This document shows, piece after piece, positions 54,733 through 63,999 of a DNA stretch of 64,000 bases. The notes beneath the pieces were generated by a model, which was given only the letters and a program-made list of their open reading frames with translations, was not told the DNA's origin and ran no database searches. This stretch comes from Planctomycetota bacterium (lineage in GTDB: Bacteria; Planctomycetota; JAJSAM01; JAJVHW01), in the NCBI GenBank assembly GCA_965248445.1, contig CBDFJG010000002.1, forward strand, positions 160,001 through 224,000, read 5' to 3'. Position 1 is the stretch's first letter, and every line of letters starts with the position of its first letter. The position numbers and the translations under genes are program-made.

Positions 54733-55464
54733 ATGTACGCATCCGATCCGGAGGGACGGACGCCGACTCGCGAAGAGCGCGGCTTCACGATCATCGAGCT
54801 GATGATCGTGGTCACGGTGATCGCGATCCTGGCAGCGATTGCGATCCCGAACGCGCTGGCGGCGCGTCTCCGCGCGAACGAGACCAGCGCCATCTCGTCG
54901 ATTCGCACCGTGTGGACCGGGCAGATCCAGTTCCAGAAGACCGCACGCGCGGATCTCGACGATGACGGGCAGGGCGAGTACGGGTTCTTCCGCGAGCTGT
55001 CCGCCAGGTACGGCGTACGCACCGCGGGCGACGGCACCGCCGTCGGCGGGTTGCTGCGTCCGGCGATCATCTCTGCCGGCCTGGGCAAGGTGAACCCCGC
55101 CGGAGGCGCTTCACGCAGCGGCTACTTCTTCCAGATCCTGCTCCCCGACGCGGCGGGTCAAGAGGTGCTCGAGCGGCCCATCGGAGCGTTCTCGGGGAAC
55201 GTCGACACGGACCTCGCGGAGGTGTTCTTCGCGATCGTCGCGTGGCCGACGAACTACGGGAACACGGGCAACCGAACGTTCTTCGTGAACCAGGGCGGAG
55301 ACATCACCTTCGCCGACGACGCGAGCTACTCCGGCGCGAACATGTACGTGAGCGGCGCAGCGGGAATGGCGCTGCTTTTCGGCGGCGACATCAACTCGAT
55401 GACCGGCGTGATCGCATCAGGCACGCTCGGGCGCGACGGGAACATCTGGAAGAACGTCCAGTAG
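54733..55464 (+). CDS. Prepilin-type (type IV pilin-like) protein with DUF2950-like C-terminus
   Basis: ERG|FTIIELMIVVTVIAILAAIAIPN, ANETSAI, SGYFF...AWPTNYGNTGNRTFFVNQ. Confidence 0.88.
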   Translation: MYASDPEGRTPTREERGFTIIELMIVVTVIAILAAIAIPNALAARLRANETSAISSIRTVWTGQIQFQKTARADLDDDGQGEYGFFRELSARYGVRTAGDGTAVGGLLRPAIISAGLGKVNPAGGASRSGYFFQILLPDAAGQEVLERPIGAFSGNVDTDLAEVFFAIVAWPTNYGNTGNRTFFVNQGGDITFADDASYSGANMYVSGAAGMALLFGGDINSMTGVIASGTLGRDGNIWKNVQ

Positions 55465-55483
55465 CCTCGTCGGGTAGCCCGCG

Positions 55484-56260
55484 TCACGCCCGCGCTGCCA
55501 CCTGCGCTGCTTCCAGCGTCGGGCATCCGGCGAACAACTCGCCAACGTTGCGCCAGACGAGCGCGCGGAGCGCTTTCGCGCGCATCCCGCGCACCCGCGC
55601 CAACTCGGCCACAACGTCCGCGACCTGACCCGGCGCGCCGGGAGTGCCACGCAGCCACTTCCACCCATTCGGGGCGTCGGTCTCCGTGAGTAACCGCTCC
55701 TCCGGGATCTGGCGCGCCACCTCGCGGATCGCATCGCTCGTCAGCACCTCGACTCCGACCGTGAACCAGCAGCCGAGATCGACGACGCGGCGGAAGTCCC
55801 TCACGGGCCCGCTGTACCAGTGCACGACCGCGCGCTGCACACAGTGGCTGTCGACGGCATCGGCAATCTCACTCTCGGCGGCCTTGGTGTGCAGATTGAC
55901 GGGTATGTCCCGCCGGGCCGCGACCTCGAGGAGAGCATCGAGGACGCGCCGCTGCGCGGCATCGGTCGCGCGGTCGCGGACGAAGTGACGATCCAGACCG
56001 ACCTCGCCGATCTGCGGAGCGCGCTCCGCCTGCTCCACGACCTCGTCCAGGCGCCCGACCCAATCCGCCGCCCGCGCCGGGTGCACCCCGAACGCGGGCA
56101 ACACCAGCGGTTCCCCGGCGGCGAGTTCGACTGTGCGCCGGTACGAGTCCGGATCCAGCGACACGGCGATCGTGAGAATTCGCCGCTCGCGGATCTCGGC
56201 GAGCGCGGCCGAAACGCCGGCACCGTGAAGGTCGAGGTGGTGGTGAGCGTCCACGAACAC
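55484..56260 (-). CDS. tatD: TatD family hydrolase
   Basis: VDAHHHL, GVHP, IGEVGLD, LHTK, VHWYSG, LLTETDAP. Confidence 0.9.
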   Translation of the reverse strand: MFVDAHHHLDLHGAGVSAALAEIRERRILTIAVSLDPDSYRRTVELAAGEPLVLPAFGVHPARAADWVGRLDEVVEQAERAPQIGEVGLDRHFVRDRATDAAQRRVLDALLEVAARRDIPVNLHTKAAESEIADAVDSHCVQRAVVHWYSGPVRDFRRVVDLGCWFTVGVEVLTSDAIREVARQIPEERLLTETDAPNGWKWLRGTPGAPGQVADVVAELARVRGMRAKALRALVWRNVGELFAGCPTLEAAQVAARA

Positions 56261-56384
56261 AGGCACAGTCTCCAGCCTGGGCGGCCCCCACCGACACACG
56301 AATCGAAAGAACGGGTAAGGCTCTGCCGGCGGAGTACCGAGGGGTAACCGCAGGAGTTGCTGCTCTCGCTGCGCTGGGGACCCC

Positions 56385-56828
56385 ATGCGCAAACGACATA
56401 AGGAGCGTGGAATGACGCTCGTCGAGCTCGCGGCCTCGGGGGTGGCCGTGGCCGTCTCGCTGATCGGCGCTTCATCCGCCGTCATCTCGAGCGTCCAGCT
56501 CAATCAGAACACGAATCGCGTCCGCGATTCGGGCCGCGCAGTCGAGTCACTGATCGAAGAGGTCCGGAACTCCGACTTCGACGACCTCGTCACGAACTTC
56601 GACACGTCGATCCACCACGTCGTCGGTGGCGATGCACACATCGGTGTCACCGACGTGACGTCGAACACCGTGACGCAGTGGAAGGTCTTCCGTGTTCAGA
56701 TCGACGTCGTTCCTCACGAGACCGTCGCCGACGGGAGCATGACGTTCGTGTCGTTCATCACCGACCGCGACGAAGGCAGCTCGCTGAGCGCAACGCCGAC
56801 GACGCCCTCCACCCCCCCGGGGAACTGA
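56385..56828 (+). CDS. Minor pilin-like protein (PilV-like)
   Basis: KERG|MTLVELAA class III signal. Confidence 0.75.
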   Translation: MRKRHKERGMTLVELAASGVAVAVSLIGASSAVISSVQLNQNTNRVRDSGRAVESLIEEVRNSDFDDLVTNFDTSIHHVVGGDAHIGVTDVTSNTVTQWKVFRVQIDVVPHETVADGSMTFVSFITDRDEGSSLSATPTTPSTPPGN

Positions 56829-56830
56829 CC

Positions 56831-57946
56831 GTGATCACGACGCGACACCACCAGAGAAGTGAACGTGGCCGCGGGATGATCGCCGTCGCCATATTGGTCC
56901 TGATCTGCGGCGCGCTGGCGGCCGGCGTCCTGCTCCCCAGCATGGCGCGGCACAGGGAGGCGCAGGCGCATCTCCAGAGCGTTCGCGCGTTCCACCTCTC
57001 GGAGTCGGGCATCGACTGGGCTCTCAGCCAGTTGCGCCAGTCGGGCGGGATCATCCCCGCCGGCGGTACCGAGACGATGAGTCCGCAGGGTCAGGGCTCG
57101 TTCACGATCACGTACACCGCCGGCAACGCCAACGGCATCAACGACGACGGCGACGCGTTCACCGATGAGGCCGACGAAGCGGACTACGTGACGGTGCGAA
57201 GCGTCGGCACGTCGGGCGGCCAGACCCGGGCGATCGAGACGCTGCTTCGCGCCTCAGTGGTCACGCCGACCTACCAGGCCTCGGTGCTCATCAACGTCGA
57301 CGCGCCGGTGTTCGACTCGAACAGCAACGCGCTCATCGTGGACGGGCGCGAGCACGACGTCAACGGGGTTGTCGATCTGACGGCGCCCATGCTCCCGGCA
57401 ATCGCGTCGGCCGCGCCGGCCGCGGATCTGGTGGCACAGATCAACCGTCCGCTGAACTTCATCGGAGCGGGCGGCACGCCGTCCGTCGCGCAGGTCGCCC
57501 CGATGGATCTCGACGCACTCGTCGCACAGACGACCTCCGCGGCGACGATCGTCGTCGCGCACGGGACACACTCGAACGTGTCTTGGGGCACTCCCACCAC
57601 CGCCGGCGTCGAGATCGTGTACTGCGATGGCGACCTGCACCTCTCCGGGAACGGCAGCGGCGCCGGCTACCTCGTCGTCGACGGCGACCTGGTCATCACC
57701 GGTGGGTTCACCTGGACGGGCGTGGTGCTCGTGCGAGGCGCCGCCCGGATGTCCGGCGGCGGTTCGACCAAGCGTATCATCGGGGCGATGGTCGTCGGCG
57801 AGGAGGTCGAGGCCGTCGAGAGCACGACCAACGTGACCCTGCAGGGCACGGTCGACATGCTCTATTCGACAACGGCAACCGATCTTGCCAACGCGCGGAT
57901 AGCCGTCATGAGCGTGCTCGGCTGGTACGAGGTCCCGGCCCCCTGA
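56831..57946 (+). CDS. PilX-like minor pilin
   Basis: SERG followed by a hydrophobic helix without Glu5; RAFHLSESGIDWAL (PilX-type AExG); C-terminal GxGxLVVDGDL...FTWTGVVLV. Confidence 0.75.
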   Translation: MITTRHHQRSERGRGMIAVAILVLICGALAAGVLLPSMARHREAQAHLQSVRAFHLSESGIDWALSQLRQSGGIIPAGGTETMSPQGQGSFTITYTAGNANGINDDGDAFTDEADEADYVTVRSVGTSGGQTRAIETLLRASVVTPTYQASVLINVDAPVFDSNSNALIVDGREHDVNGVVDLTAPMLPAIASAAPAADLVAQINRPLNFIGAGGTPSVAQVAPMDLDALVAQTTSAATIVVAHGTHSNVSWGTPTTAGVEIVYCDGDLHLSGNGSGAGYLVVDGDLVITGGFTWTGVVLVRGAARMSGGGSTKRIIGAMVVGEEVEAVESTTNVTLQGTVDMLYSTTATDLANARIAVMSVLGWYEVPAP

Positions 57947-58076
57947 TCGACCGTGACCGGAGAGGCTCCGAGCAGCCCATTCTCGGGCGCTAAACCGGCG
58001 GGCCTCAGATTCCGATCCGAAGCTGGAGGCGTCCCTCGCGCGCGCGAGGCGCTAGAGCTGCACGGAGGCCGTAGAC

Positions 58077-58616
58077 ATGCGGGCGCGGAGCCGCAGAGAG
58101 GGTGGGTTCACCCTCCTCGAGATCGTCGGGGCGAGCGCGATCACCATCGTGCTTGTCGGCAGCGCGATTCGACTCCTGCTCACGACCGAGGACCTGGCCT
58201 TCACCGCCACGCAACAGCGCAGCGCCTCGCAACGGGTGGAGCGCGTCCTGACGCGCATCGGCGCCGAACTCCGGCGCAGCTCACTCGGAAGCGCGCAGCA
58301 TGCCGACGCGAGTACGTTCGCCGACGGCGACACGGGCAACGCGCTGTCGATTCAGCCGGTCAGCGGCTGGGAAGGCGCCGCTGTCCTCGGAGACAGAATC
58401 GAGTACCGCCTGGACGTCCCCGCCGGTGAGACCGAGGGCGACCTGATCCGCGACGACGGGATCATCGAGACGCTCGTTGCGCGGCGCATCTCCGGCTTCG
58501 ATGTCGAACGCGACGGTCCGGTGTTCACGATCACGATCAGCGCGCGCTCCGGTCCTGCCGACGACCGCGAGCGCGAGTCCACCGGATCCCTGTCGGTTCT
58601 GACGAGGAACCGGTGA
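58077..58616 (+). CDS. Minor pilin-like protein (PilW-like)
   Basis: EGG|FTLLEIV; SD GGAGG; C-terminal RN. Confidence 0.75.
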   Translation: MRARSRREGGFTLLEIVGASAITIVLVGSAIRLLLTTEDLAFTATQQRSASQRVERVLTRIGAELRRSSLGSAQHADASTFADGDTGNALSIQPVSGWEGAAVLGDRIEYRLDVPAGETEGDLIRDDGIIETLVARRISGFDVERDGPVFTITISARSGPADDRERESTGSLSVLTRNR

Positions 58617-59626
58617 TGCGCCACACACTGCTATCGATCGTGCTGCTCGTCGCCTGCGTCGCGTCGTCCGCGGAGGCAGCTGACCGCCTGCACCTGCGCA
58701 ACGGCCGCTCCCTCGTCGGAGAGATCACCGAGCAGGACGACGATCTGATCCACATCAAGACCAAGTTCGGGATCATGCGCGTCGCCACCAAGGACGTCGC
58801 CCGAATCGAGAACGACGTCGACGTTGAGATCGAAGAGACCGCATCGACCGACACGCCGGCGCCCCCGGAGAACACCGTCGAGAAGAGCGAACAGCCGGAG
58901 ACCACCGACGCCGCGGAAAGCGTGCCCGAGAAGAAGCCGGAGACCGTCACCAGAGCTCCCGTCTCGCGGAAACGTGCCCGCGCCGCCGTCGAGACGGCCG
59001 CGAGGCACAGTCCGGTAGTCGCCAAGCTGTTGGGACTCGTGCGCCGCCTCGAGTCGGCTGATCCGCTCGCTCGCGAGGAGGCGGCGGTGGACATCATCAC
59101 GGAGTGGCCGGCCACGAGCACAACGCTGGCGCTGGTGTTCGAGATCGGTTCCGAGGTCGCCCGTGTTGACGCTGCACGTCTGCTGCGTCATGCCCGCCTC
59201 GGCGACACCACCGAGCAGGTCCGGACGCTCTTCGCCGACCCGAGCGCCGACGTCCGGATGCAGGCTCTGCGCGTCGCCCACGCCCGCGGCATGGTGGATC
59301 TCGAGCGAGACGTGCTGGCCATCGTCGCGGGAAACTCCCCCTGGCCGATCCGTCAGGATGCGGCGCGCGCGCTCGAGCGCATCGGCGGCAAGGACTCGTT
59401 CCACACCGTCGTGGACGTGTGGGTCTCGGAGAGCGATCCCGATCGCAAGAGCCGGATACGTCGTGTGCTCGTCGCGATCGCAGGCGAGGACCTCGGCAAC
59501 GACGGCGCCGCATGGGCGAAGGCGGTGGACGAGGCGTTCCTCGGCGAGCGCGAGCTGCGCGATCCCCGCGGCGATGCTGCGCGCCGTAGCGCACGCAAGG
59601 TCGCCGGCGCGTCGAGCGACGGCTAG
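58616..59626 (+). CDS. Secreted HEAT-repeat protein
   Basis: TGATG overlap; signal peptide; DPLAREEAA, DPSADVRMQAL, WPIRQDAARALERIG. Confidence 0.75.
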   Translation: MRHTLLSIVLLVACVASSAEAADRLHLRNGRSLVGEITEQDDDLIHIKTKFGIMRVATKDVARIENDVDVEIEETASTDTPAPPENTVEKSEQPETTDAAESVPEKKPETVTRAPVSRKRARAAVETAARHSPVVAKLLGLVRRLESADPLAREEAAVDIITEWPATSTTLALVFEIGSEVARVDAARLLRHARLGDTTEQVRTLFADPSADVRMQALRVAHARGMVDLERDVLAIVAGNSPWPIRQDAARALERIGGKDSFHTVVDVWVSESDPDRKSRIRRVLVAIAGEDLGNDGAAWAKAVDEAFLGERELRDPRGDAARRSARKVAGASSDG

Positions 59627-59630
59627 CGGG

Positions 59631-60725
59631 CTACTTCCCCCAACCCGACCAGAAGTCCGGATGCGTATCCGGGTGGCGCCCCTCGCGCAAGCGCTTCACC
59701 ATCCACCGCATGCGACGCACGTGCCATTCCTCGGTCTTCTCGCGCGCCTTCTCGTAGCTCGTGTCGAGCTGCTTCTGGACCTCCGGCCGGAGCAGGCTCC
59801 AGCGTTCCATGGACGCCAGCAGGTCTGCACCGCTGGGCGCGCCGGGCCGCAGTGAGCCCTTGCCCGCGATGATCAGCTCCGACACGCGCTTCGCGGCGAG
59901 GTGGGCAACGGAGGAGCGCCCCTCGGTCTGCAGCGCGAGTGCGAGCGCGTGGAACATGTCCACGCTCTCCCACGCGGCACCGAGCACGATCATCCCGCTG
60001 ATGCCCTCGACCGCGTCCTCGTAGCCGAGCTTCTTCAGTTCGCCGCGATCGTCCGTGCTGTGGAACCGGCTCGCCGCGGTCAGGCCGAGGAAGTCACCGA
60101 GCGGTGCCGGCTTCTTCTTCTCGCCGCGAACGTACGGCTCTCCCGCGATCAGCCACTTCATGGCGCGGAGCTGGTACTTCTCGCGGCCGAAGTGCGCGTC
60201 GGGATTCAGATCGATGGCCGCCTGGATGTACTCCGCCGCGCGCTCGACCTCTTCGATGCGCGCACGGTCGCCGCCGCCCTTCAGCCAGCGGTGCACCCAG
60301 AACGTCCCGACGTTGGCGAGGTAGCGGTAGCGGTGCTCCTTCAGCTTCGGTGCACCCGGGCCTTCGGCACCTGCAGCCAGCTTGTCGAGCTGATCGCGTT
60401 TGCGCTCCATCCACGCGATCGCCTCGTCTCCCTTGCCCAGACGGTCGCAGGCGGCGCCCGCGTTGTCGTACGCCGCGAGGTCGGCGGGATTCTCGGCGAT
60501 GGCCTTCTTCGCGCGCTCGAGCCGCATCTCGTAGTAGAGCGGCGGGTTGCGCTCGAAGCTGCCGGCGATGACCTTCATCACGCCCGGCAAGCCTTCGGAC
60601 TCCATGCGGAGAGTGTCGTCGTCCCAGATGCACGCGAGCGCGGTGCTCGCGGCACAGAGCACCATCGTCGCTGACAAGAAACTGCGACGGAGACTGCTGC
60701 AGCGGACATCACGGCGGCGGATCAT
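59631..60725 (-). CDS. Secreted TPR-like hypothetical protein
   Basis: SD GGAGGG; signal ending ALAC.WD.DT; AIDLNPDAHFGREKYQL. Confidence 0.7.
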   Translation of the reverse strand: MIRRRDVRCSSLRRSFLSATMVLCAASTALACIWDDDTLRMESEGLPGVMKVIAGSFERNPPLYYEMRLERAKKAIAENPADLAAYDNAGAACDRLGKGDEAIAWMERKRDQLDKLAAGAEGPGAPKLKEHRYRYLANVGTFWVHRWLKGGGDRARIEEVERAAEYIQAAIDLNPDAHFGREKYQLRAMKWLIAGEPYVRGEKKKPAPLGDFLGLTAASRFHSTDDRGELKKLGYEDAVEGISGMIVLGAAWESVDMFHALALALQTEGRSSVAHLAAKRVSELIIAGKGSLRPGAPSGADLLASMERWSLLRPEVQKQLDTSYEKAREKTEEWHVRRMRWMVKRLREGRHPDTHPDFWSGWGK

Positions 60726-60816
60726 CTCATCCCTCCAGGTGCGTACGCGCGGGGCAGAGTGTCCCCACAGTCTAGAAGACGTTCGAGGTGCGCGAGGGTT
60801 CGCGGAGATTGCGGCG

Positions 60817-62652
60817 TCAGTCCGAAGCTGACGCTGCCCGCTCCGCGTCCAGGATGTCGTGCAGGATGCGGCGCACCTCTTCCACGGCCCGCGGGTGGTC
60901 CTGGACCGAGTGGAACGAGCGGACGATCAGCTCGGACGAGGAGCTCTCCAGGTGGGCGCTCGTGTACTCGACCACCCCGTCGTCGCCCTCCGGCGGGTCC
61001 TCGTCGCCGTCGATCGCGACGATCGAGTGGGCCGGCACCGTGATCGGGAGGGCCGAGAGCGTCTGGACGAACGGATGGTCCGGGTCCATGTTCTCGACCG
61101 CCGTCGGCAGATCCTCGAACGGCTCGCTCGACATCGCGTCTGCCACGTGCGCCGGCAGCTGGAAGGTCTCGGCGGGCAGCGAGATCAGCATCGACGCGAG
61201 CTTCCCGAGCGGGCCGCCGGCCATGAAGCTGCCCTGGTGCGGAGTCGCGATGAAGATGACGCGCTCGACGAACGACTGCGGCGTGTGGAACAGGACCTCG
61301 CGCAGCTTCTCCCTCTCCTCGTTCGAGACGTCGAGATCGTCGATCGGCGTGTCCGCGTACTGACGCCAGAACGCGTCGCCGCTGTCCGTCACCAGGAGGC
61401 GCGTCAGCAGCCCGCCCTGGCTGTGGCCCACGACGATCATCTTCTGCAGGTTTTCGTCGGTGCCCTCGGGATCGAGTTCGATGAGCGCACCCTGAAGCGC
61501 GTTGCGCAGGGAGGCGGCGGAGTACAGGATCGGGTTGCCCGTCGAGTACATGAAGAACCAGTACTGGAACTCGGTCCCCAGCTCGCGGTCGCTCTGCAGT
61601 TCGTTGAACATCTCCGCCCAGCGCGCGGGGCTCGAAGCCGTGCCGTGCACGAACACCACCGGCCGCTTGTGGCGCTGATACGGCTCGAGCATGAACAGCC
61701 GGTTCTCGAACTCCGTGTTGTCCGAGGAGAAGAACTCGGAGAACTCGAAGTCGTAGAACCCCGAGTCCTCGAGAGTCGCGGCAAGTGGCGCGGTGATGTC
61801 GGTCTCGAGTTGCACGGGCTGGCCGTTCACCAGCAGGTCCTGGACGTACGCCGGGTAGTACAGCTCGAGCCGCGCCTTGACGGGCTCGTCACCCGAGTGG
61901 TCCAGGAAGCTCCCCATCACCCGCAGGAACGCTGTCGCGGGGACCTTGATCCCGAGCGGCATGTACTCGGCGAACTCGTGCTGCTCCACACCCTGACTCG
62001 AGCCGCCGAGCAGGGTCGCGCCGAGCCCGGTCGTGCGGGTGCGCGCCCGCAGGCCGTCGACGGCGTAATCGAGCGACGGCACGAAGCGGTCGAAGCGGGC
62101 TTCGTCCCACGGGAACCCGTCGCGATGCGTCGACACGACGAGGAGGCCGATCGGCAGTGCCCGCTCGCCGGCCGTCATGACGAACTCGCCGTCCTCGTTC
62201 GCGAAGCCGCGGGCCAGAGCGAGGTTGTAGATGTCGCACGCAACGCGAAACCGGCTGTCGAAGGGCGACGGCGCCGTTGCCTTGTCGTCGAACAGGAAGT
62301 GATATGCGTACACGGCCGCGGCGAGGTTCTGGTCGCGATCCTTGGTGAGAGTCGCCTGGTGCATCGAGAGCTCGGCCAGGGCGAACATGCGATCGCGGGT
62401 GTCCGTCTCGTGCGCGACGAAGTGCAGGTTCGCCAGCGCCTGCAATGGATCCGAGGCGTACATGTCCTCGAGATCCGCTCGCCGGATGGCGAGGACGGAG
62501 TCGACGCTCGGTTCCCCGGTCGTCAGGACGTTACGACTGAGTTCCTCGTGCACGGCCTGGGCGCCTACCTCGTCGAGAGAGATCGGCGTGGAACACGCGG
62601 CGACGGTCAGGACTACGGCGAAGACCGCGCAGAGGACGGGACGGATCGGCAT
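60817..62652 (-). CDS. Alpha/beta-hydrolase lipoprotein (lipase/PGAP1-like)
   Basis: Lipobox VAAC; PVVFVHGTASS, VGHSQGG, FIATPHQGS, DGVVEYTSAH, HSVQ. Confidence 0.88.
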   Translation of the reverse strand: MPIRPVLCAVFAVVLTVAACSTPISLDEVGAQAVHEELSRNVLTTGEPSVDSVLAIRRADLEDMYASDPLQALANLHFVAHETDTRDRMFALAELSMHQATLTKDRDQNLAAAVYAYHFLFDDKATAPSPFDSRFRVACDIYNLALARGFANEDGEFVMTAGERALPIGLLVVSTHRDGFPWDEARFDRFVPSLDYAVDGLRARTRTTGLGATLLGGSSQGVEQHEFAEYMPLGIKVPATAFLRVMGSFLDHSGDEPVKARLELYYPAYVQDLLVNGQPVQLETDITAPLAATLEDSGFYDFEFSEFFSSDNTEFENRLFMLEPYQRHKRPVVFVHGTASSPARWAEMFNELQSDRELGTEFQYWFFMYSTGNPILYSAASLRNALQGALIELDPEGTDENLQKMIVVGHSQGGLLTRLLVTDSGDAFWRQYADTPIDDLDVSNEEREKLREVLFHTPQSFVERVIFIATPHQGSFMAGGPLGKLASMLISLPAETFQLPAHVADAMSSEPFEDLPTAVENMDPDHPFVQTLSALPITVPAHSIVAIDGDEDPPEGDDGVVEYTSAHLESSSSELIVRSFHSVQDHPRAVEEVRRILHDILDAERAASASD

Positions 62653-62730
62653 CGCGGCATTGTGGGGCGTGACTGACGCCGGGGCCAGGGACGACGTGGC
62701 GTCACCAGACCTGTGTCGGCTTGTTCACCC

Positions 62731-62759
62731 GTAGGGGCCGGGTTCCACCCCGCCCCTAC
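62731..62759. repeat. GTAG-type REP-like palindrome / hairpin at msrA stop
   Basis: GTAGGGGC-C-GGGT-TCC-ACCC-C-GCCCCTAC. Confidence 0.5.
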
Positions 62760-63433
62760 TCTTCCAAACCGAGTTTCTTCATCTTCGGGGTGATGACCGC
62801 GCGGCAGTAGCCACTTTGCTTGTTCTCGCGGTAGAAGTCCTGGTGCTCTTGCTTCGCTTCGTAGAAGTCGGACGCCGCCGCGATCTCCGTGACGATCGGG
62901 TCCTTGAAGTCGCCGGACGCATCCGCAGCCGCCTTGCTCGCGAGCGCCGCGGCCTTCTGCGCGTCGCTGTGGTAGTAGATCGCCGAGCGGTACTGCGTGC
63001 CGGCGTCGGGGCCCTGCTTGTTCAGCGTCGTCGGGTCGTGCAGCTTCCAGAACCACGCGAGCAGCGCGTCGTAGCTGATCTTCGACGGATCGAAGTCGAC
63101 CTGCACGACCTCCGCGTGCCCGGTCACTCCTGCGCAGACCGCCTGGTAGCTCGGGTTCTCGACATGGCCGCCCATGAACCCGGAGCGCGCGTCGAGCACA
63201 CCGTCGAGCTGTTCGAGCACGGCCTCCACGCACCAGTAACACCCGGCGCCGAACGTGGCTACCTGGTTCCCCTCGGGCGTCGTCGTCGGATCTGTCACGG
63301 GCTCCCCTTCCCTGGGCAAGACCACTGCCGGCTGAGTCTCGGGCGGCGCCTCCGGCGCGGGCCCGGCTCCAGGCTCGCCGGCCGAGCACGCAGTGACGAA
63401 GACGGTCAGCAGGACGGCCAGGATGGTGCGCAT
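62756..63433 (-). CDS. msrA: Peptide-methionine (S)-S-oxide reductase, lipoprotein
   Basis: FGAGCYWC, GHAEVVQ, HDPTTLNKQGPD.GTQYRSAI, GYC; N-terminal lipobox VTAC. Confidence 0.95.
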   Translation of the reverse strand: MRTILAVLLTVFVTACSAGEPGAGPAPEAPPETQPAVVLPREGEPVTDPTTTPEGNQVATFGAGCYWCVEAVLEQLDGVLDARSGFMGGHVENPSYQAVCAGVTGHAEVVQVDFDPSKISYDALLAWFWKLHDPTTLNKQGPDAGTQYRSAIYYHSDAQKAAALASKAAADASGDFKDPIVTEIAAASDFYEAKQEHQDFYRENKQSGYCRAVITPKMKKLGLEE

Positions 63434-63480
63434 GTGCCGACTCTAACCCACGTCGACGCGGCCTTGTTCCCGGGTCGCTG

Positions 63481-63999
63481 TCACTCGCGGCTCGCCTTCC
63501 GCATCGCGGCGCGGATGGCGCGGTGGAGAGGGACGTTCCCGAGGAGCGAGGCACGGGTGTCCTCGGGAGCGTGCTGGTGCAGGTGATCGAGCAGGCGGCG
63601 GGCCTCCGTCAGGTGCGCGGTGTCGCGTGTGGCCCGCCAGCAGAGGAAGAACATCTGCATGCGCGTGGGCACGGCCATGCGGTCGGCGACCGCAGCGACC
63701 GCGGCAACGGCCTCCTCCGTGCCCTCGTCGGCGACGAGCGCGAGATGAAGCCCCGCGATGGCGCGCGCCTCTTCCCCGTGCGAACCCTCGGCGCGCGCGG
63801 CGGCACGCCGGAACAGCGCGCTCGCGGCGCCGTCTTCACGACGCGCCCGGGCCAACACGCCCAGTTGCGTCAGCGCTTCTGCGTCGCCGACCACATCGCC
63901 CTGCTCGGCGAAGACCGCGCACGCCGCCTCGAGGTCCTCCCGCGCACGGTCGGCCGAGCCGAGCATGCGTTGCAAGATTCCCCGCAGCAGATGTGCGTG
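63481..63999 (-). CDS. C-terminus of a TPR-repeat protein (5' end outside window)
   Basis: Frame open to the window edge; EAEALTQLG-type TPR helices; ends NVPLHRAIRAAMRKASRE. Confidence 0.7.
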   Translation of the reverse strand, partial: HAHLLRGILQRMLGSADRAREDLEAACAVFAEQGDVVGDAEALTQLGVLARARREDGAASALFRRAAARAEGSHGEEARAIAGLHLALVADEGTEEAVAAVAAVADRMAVPTRMQMFFLCWRATRDTAHLTEARRLLDHLHQHAPEDTRASLLGNVPLHRAIRAAMRKASRE

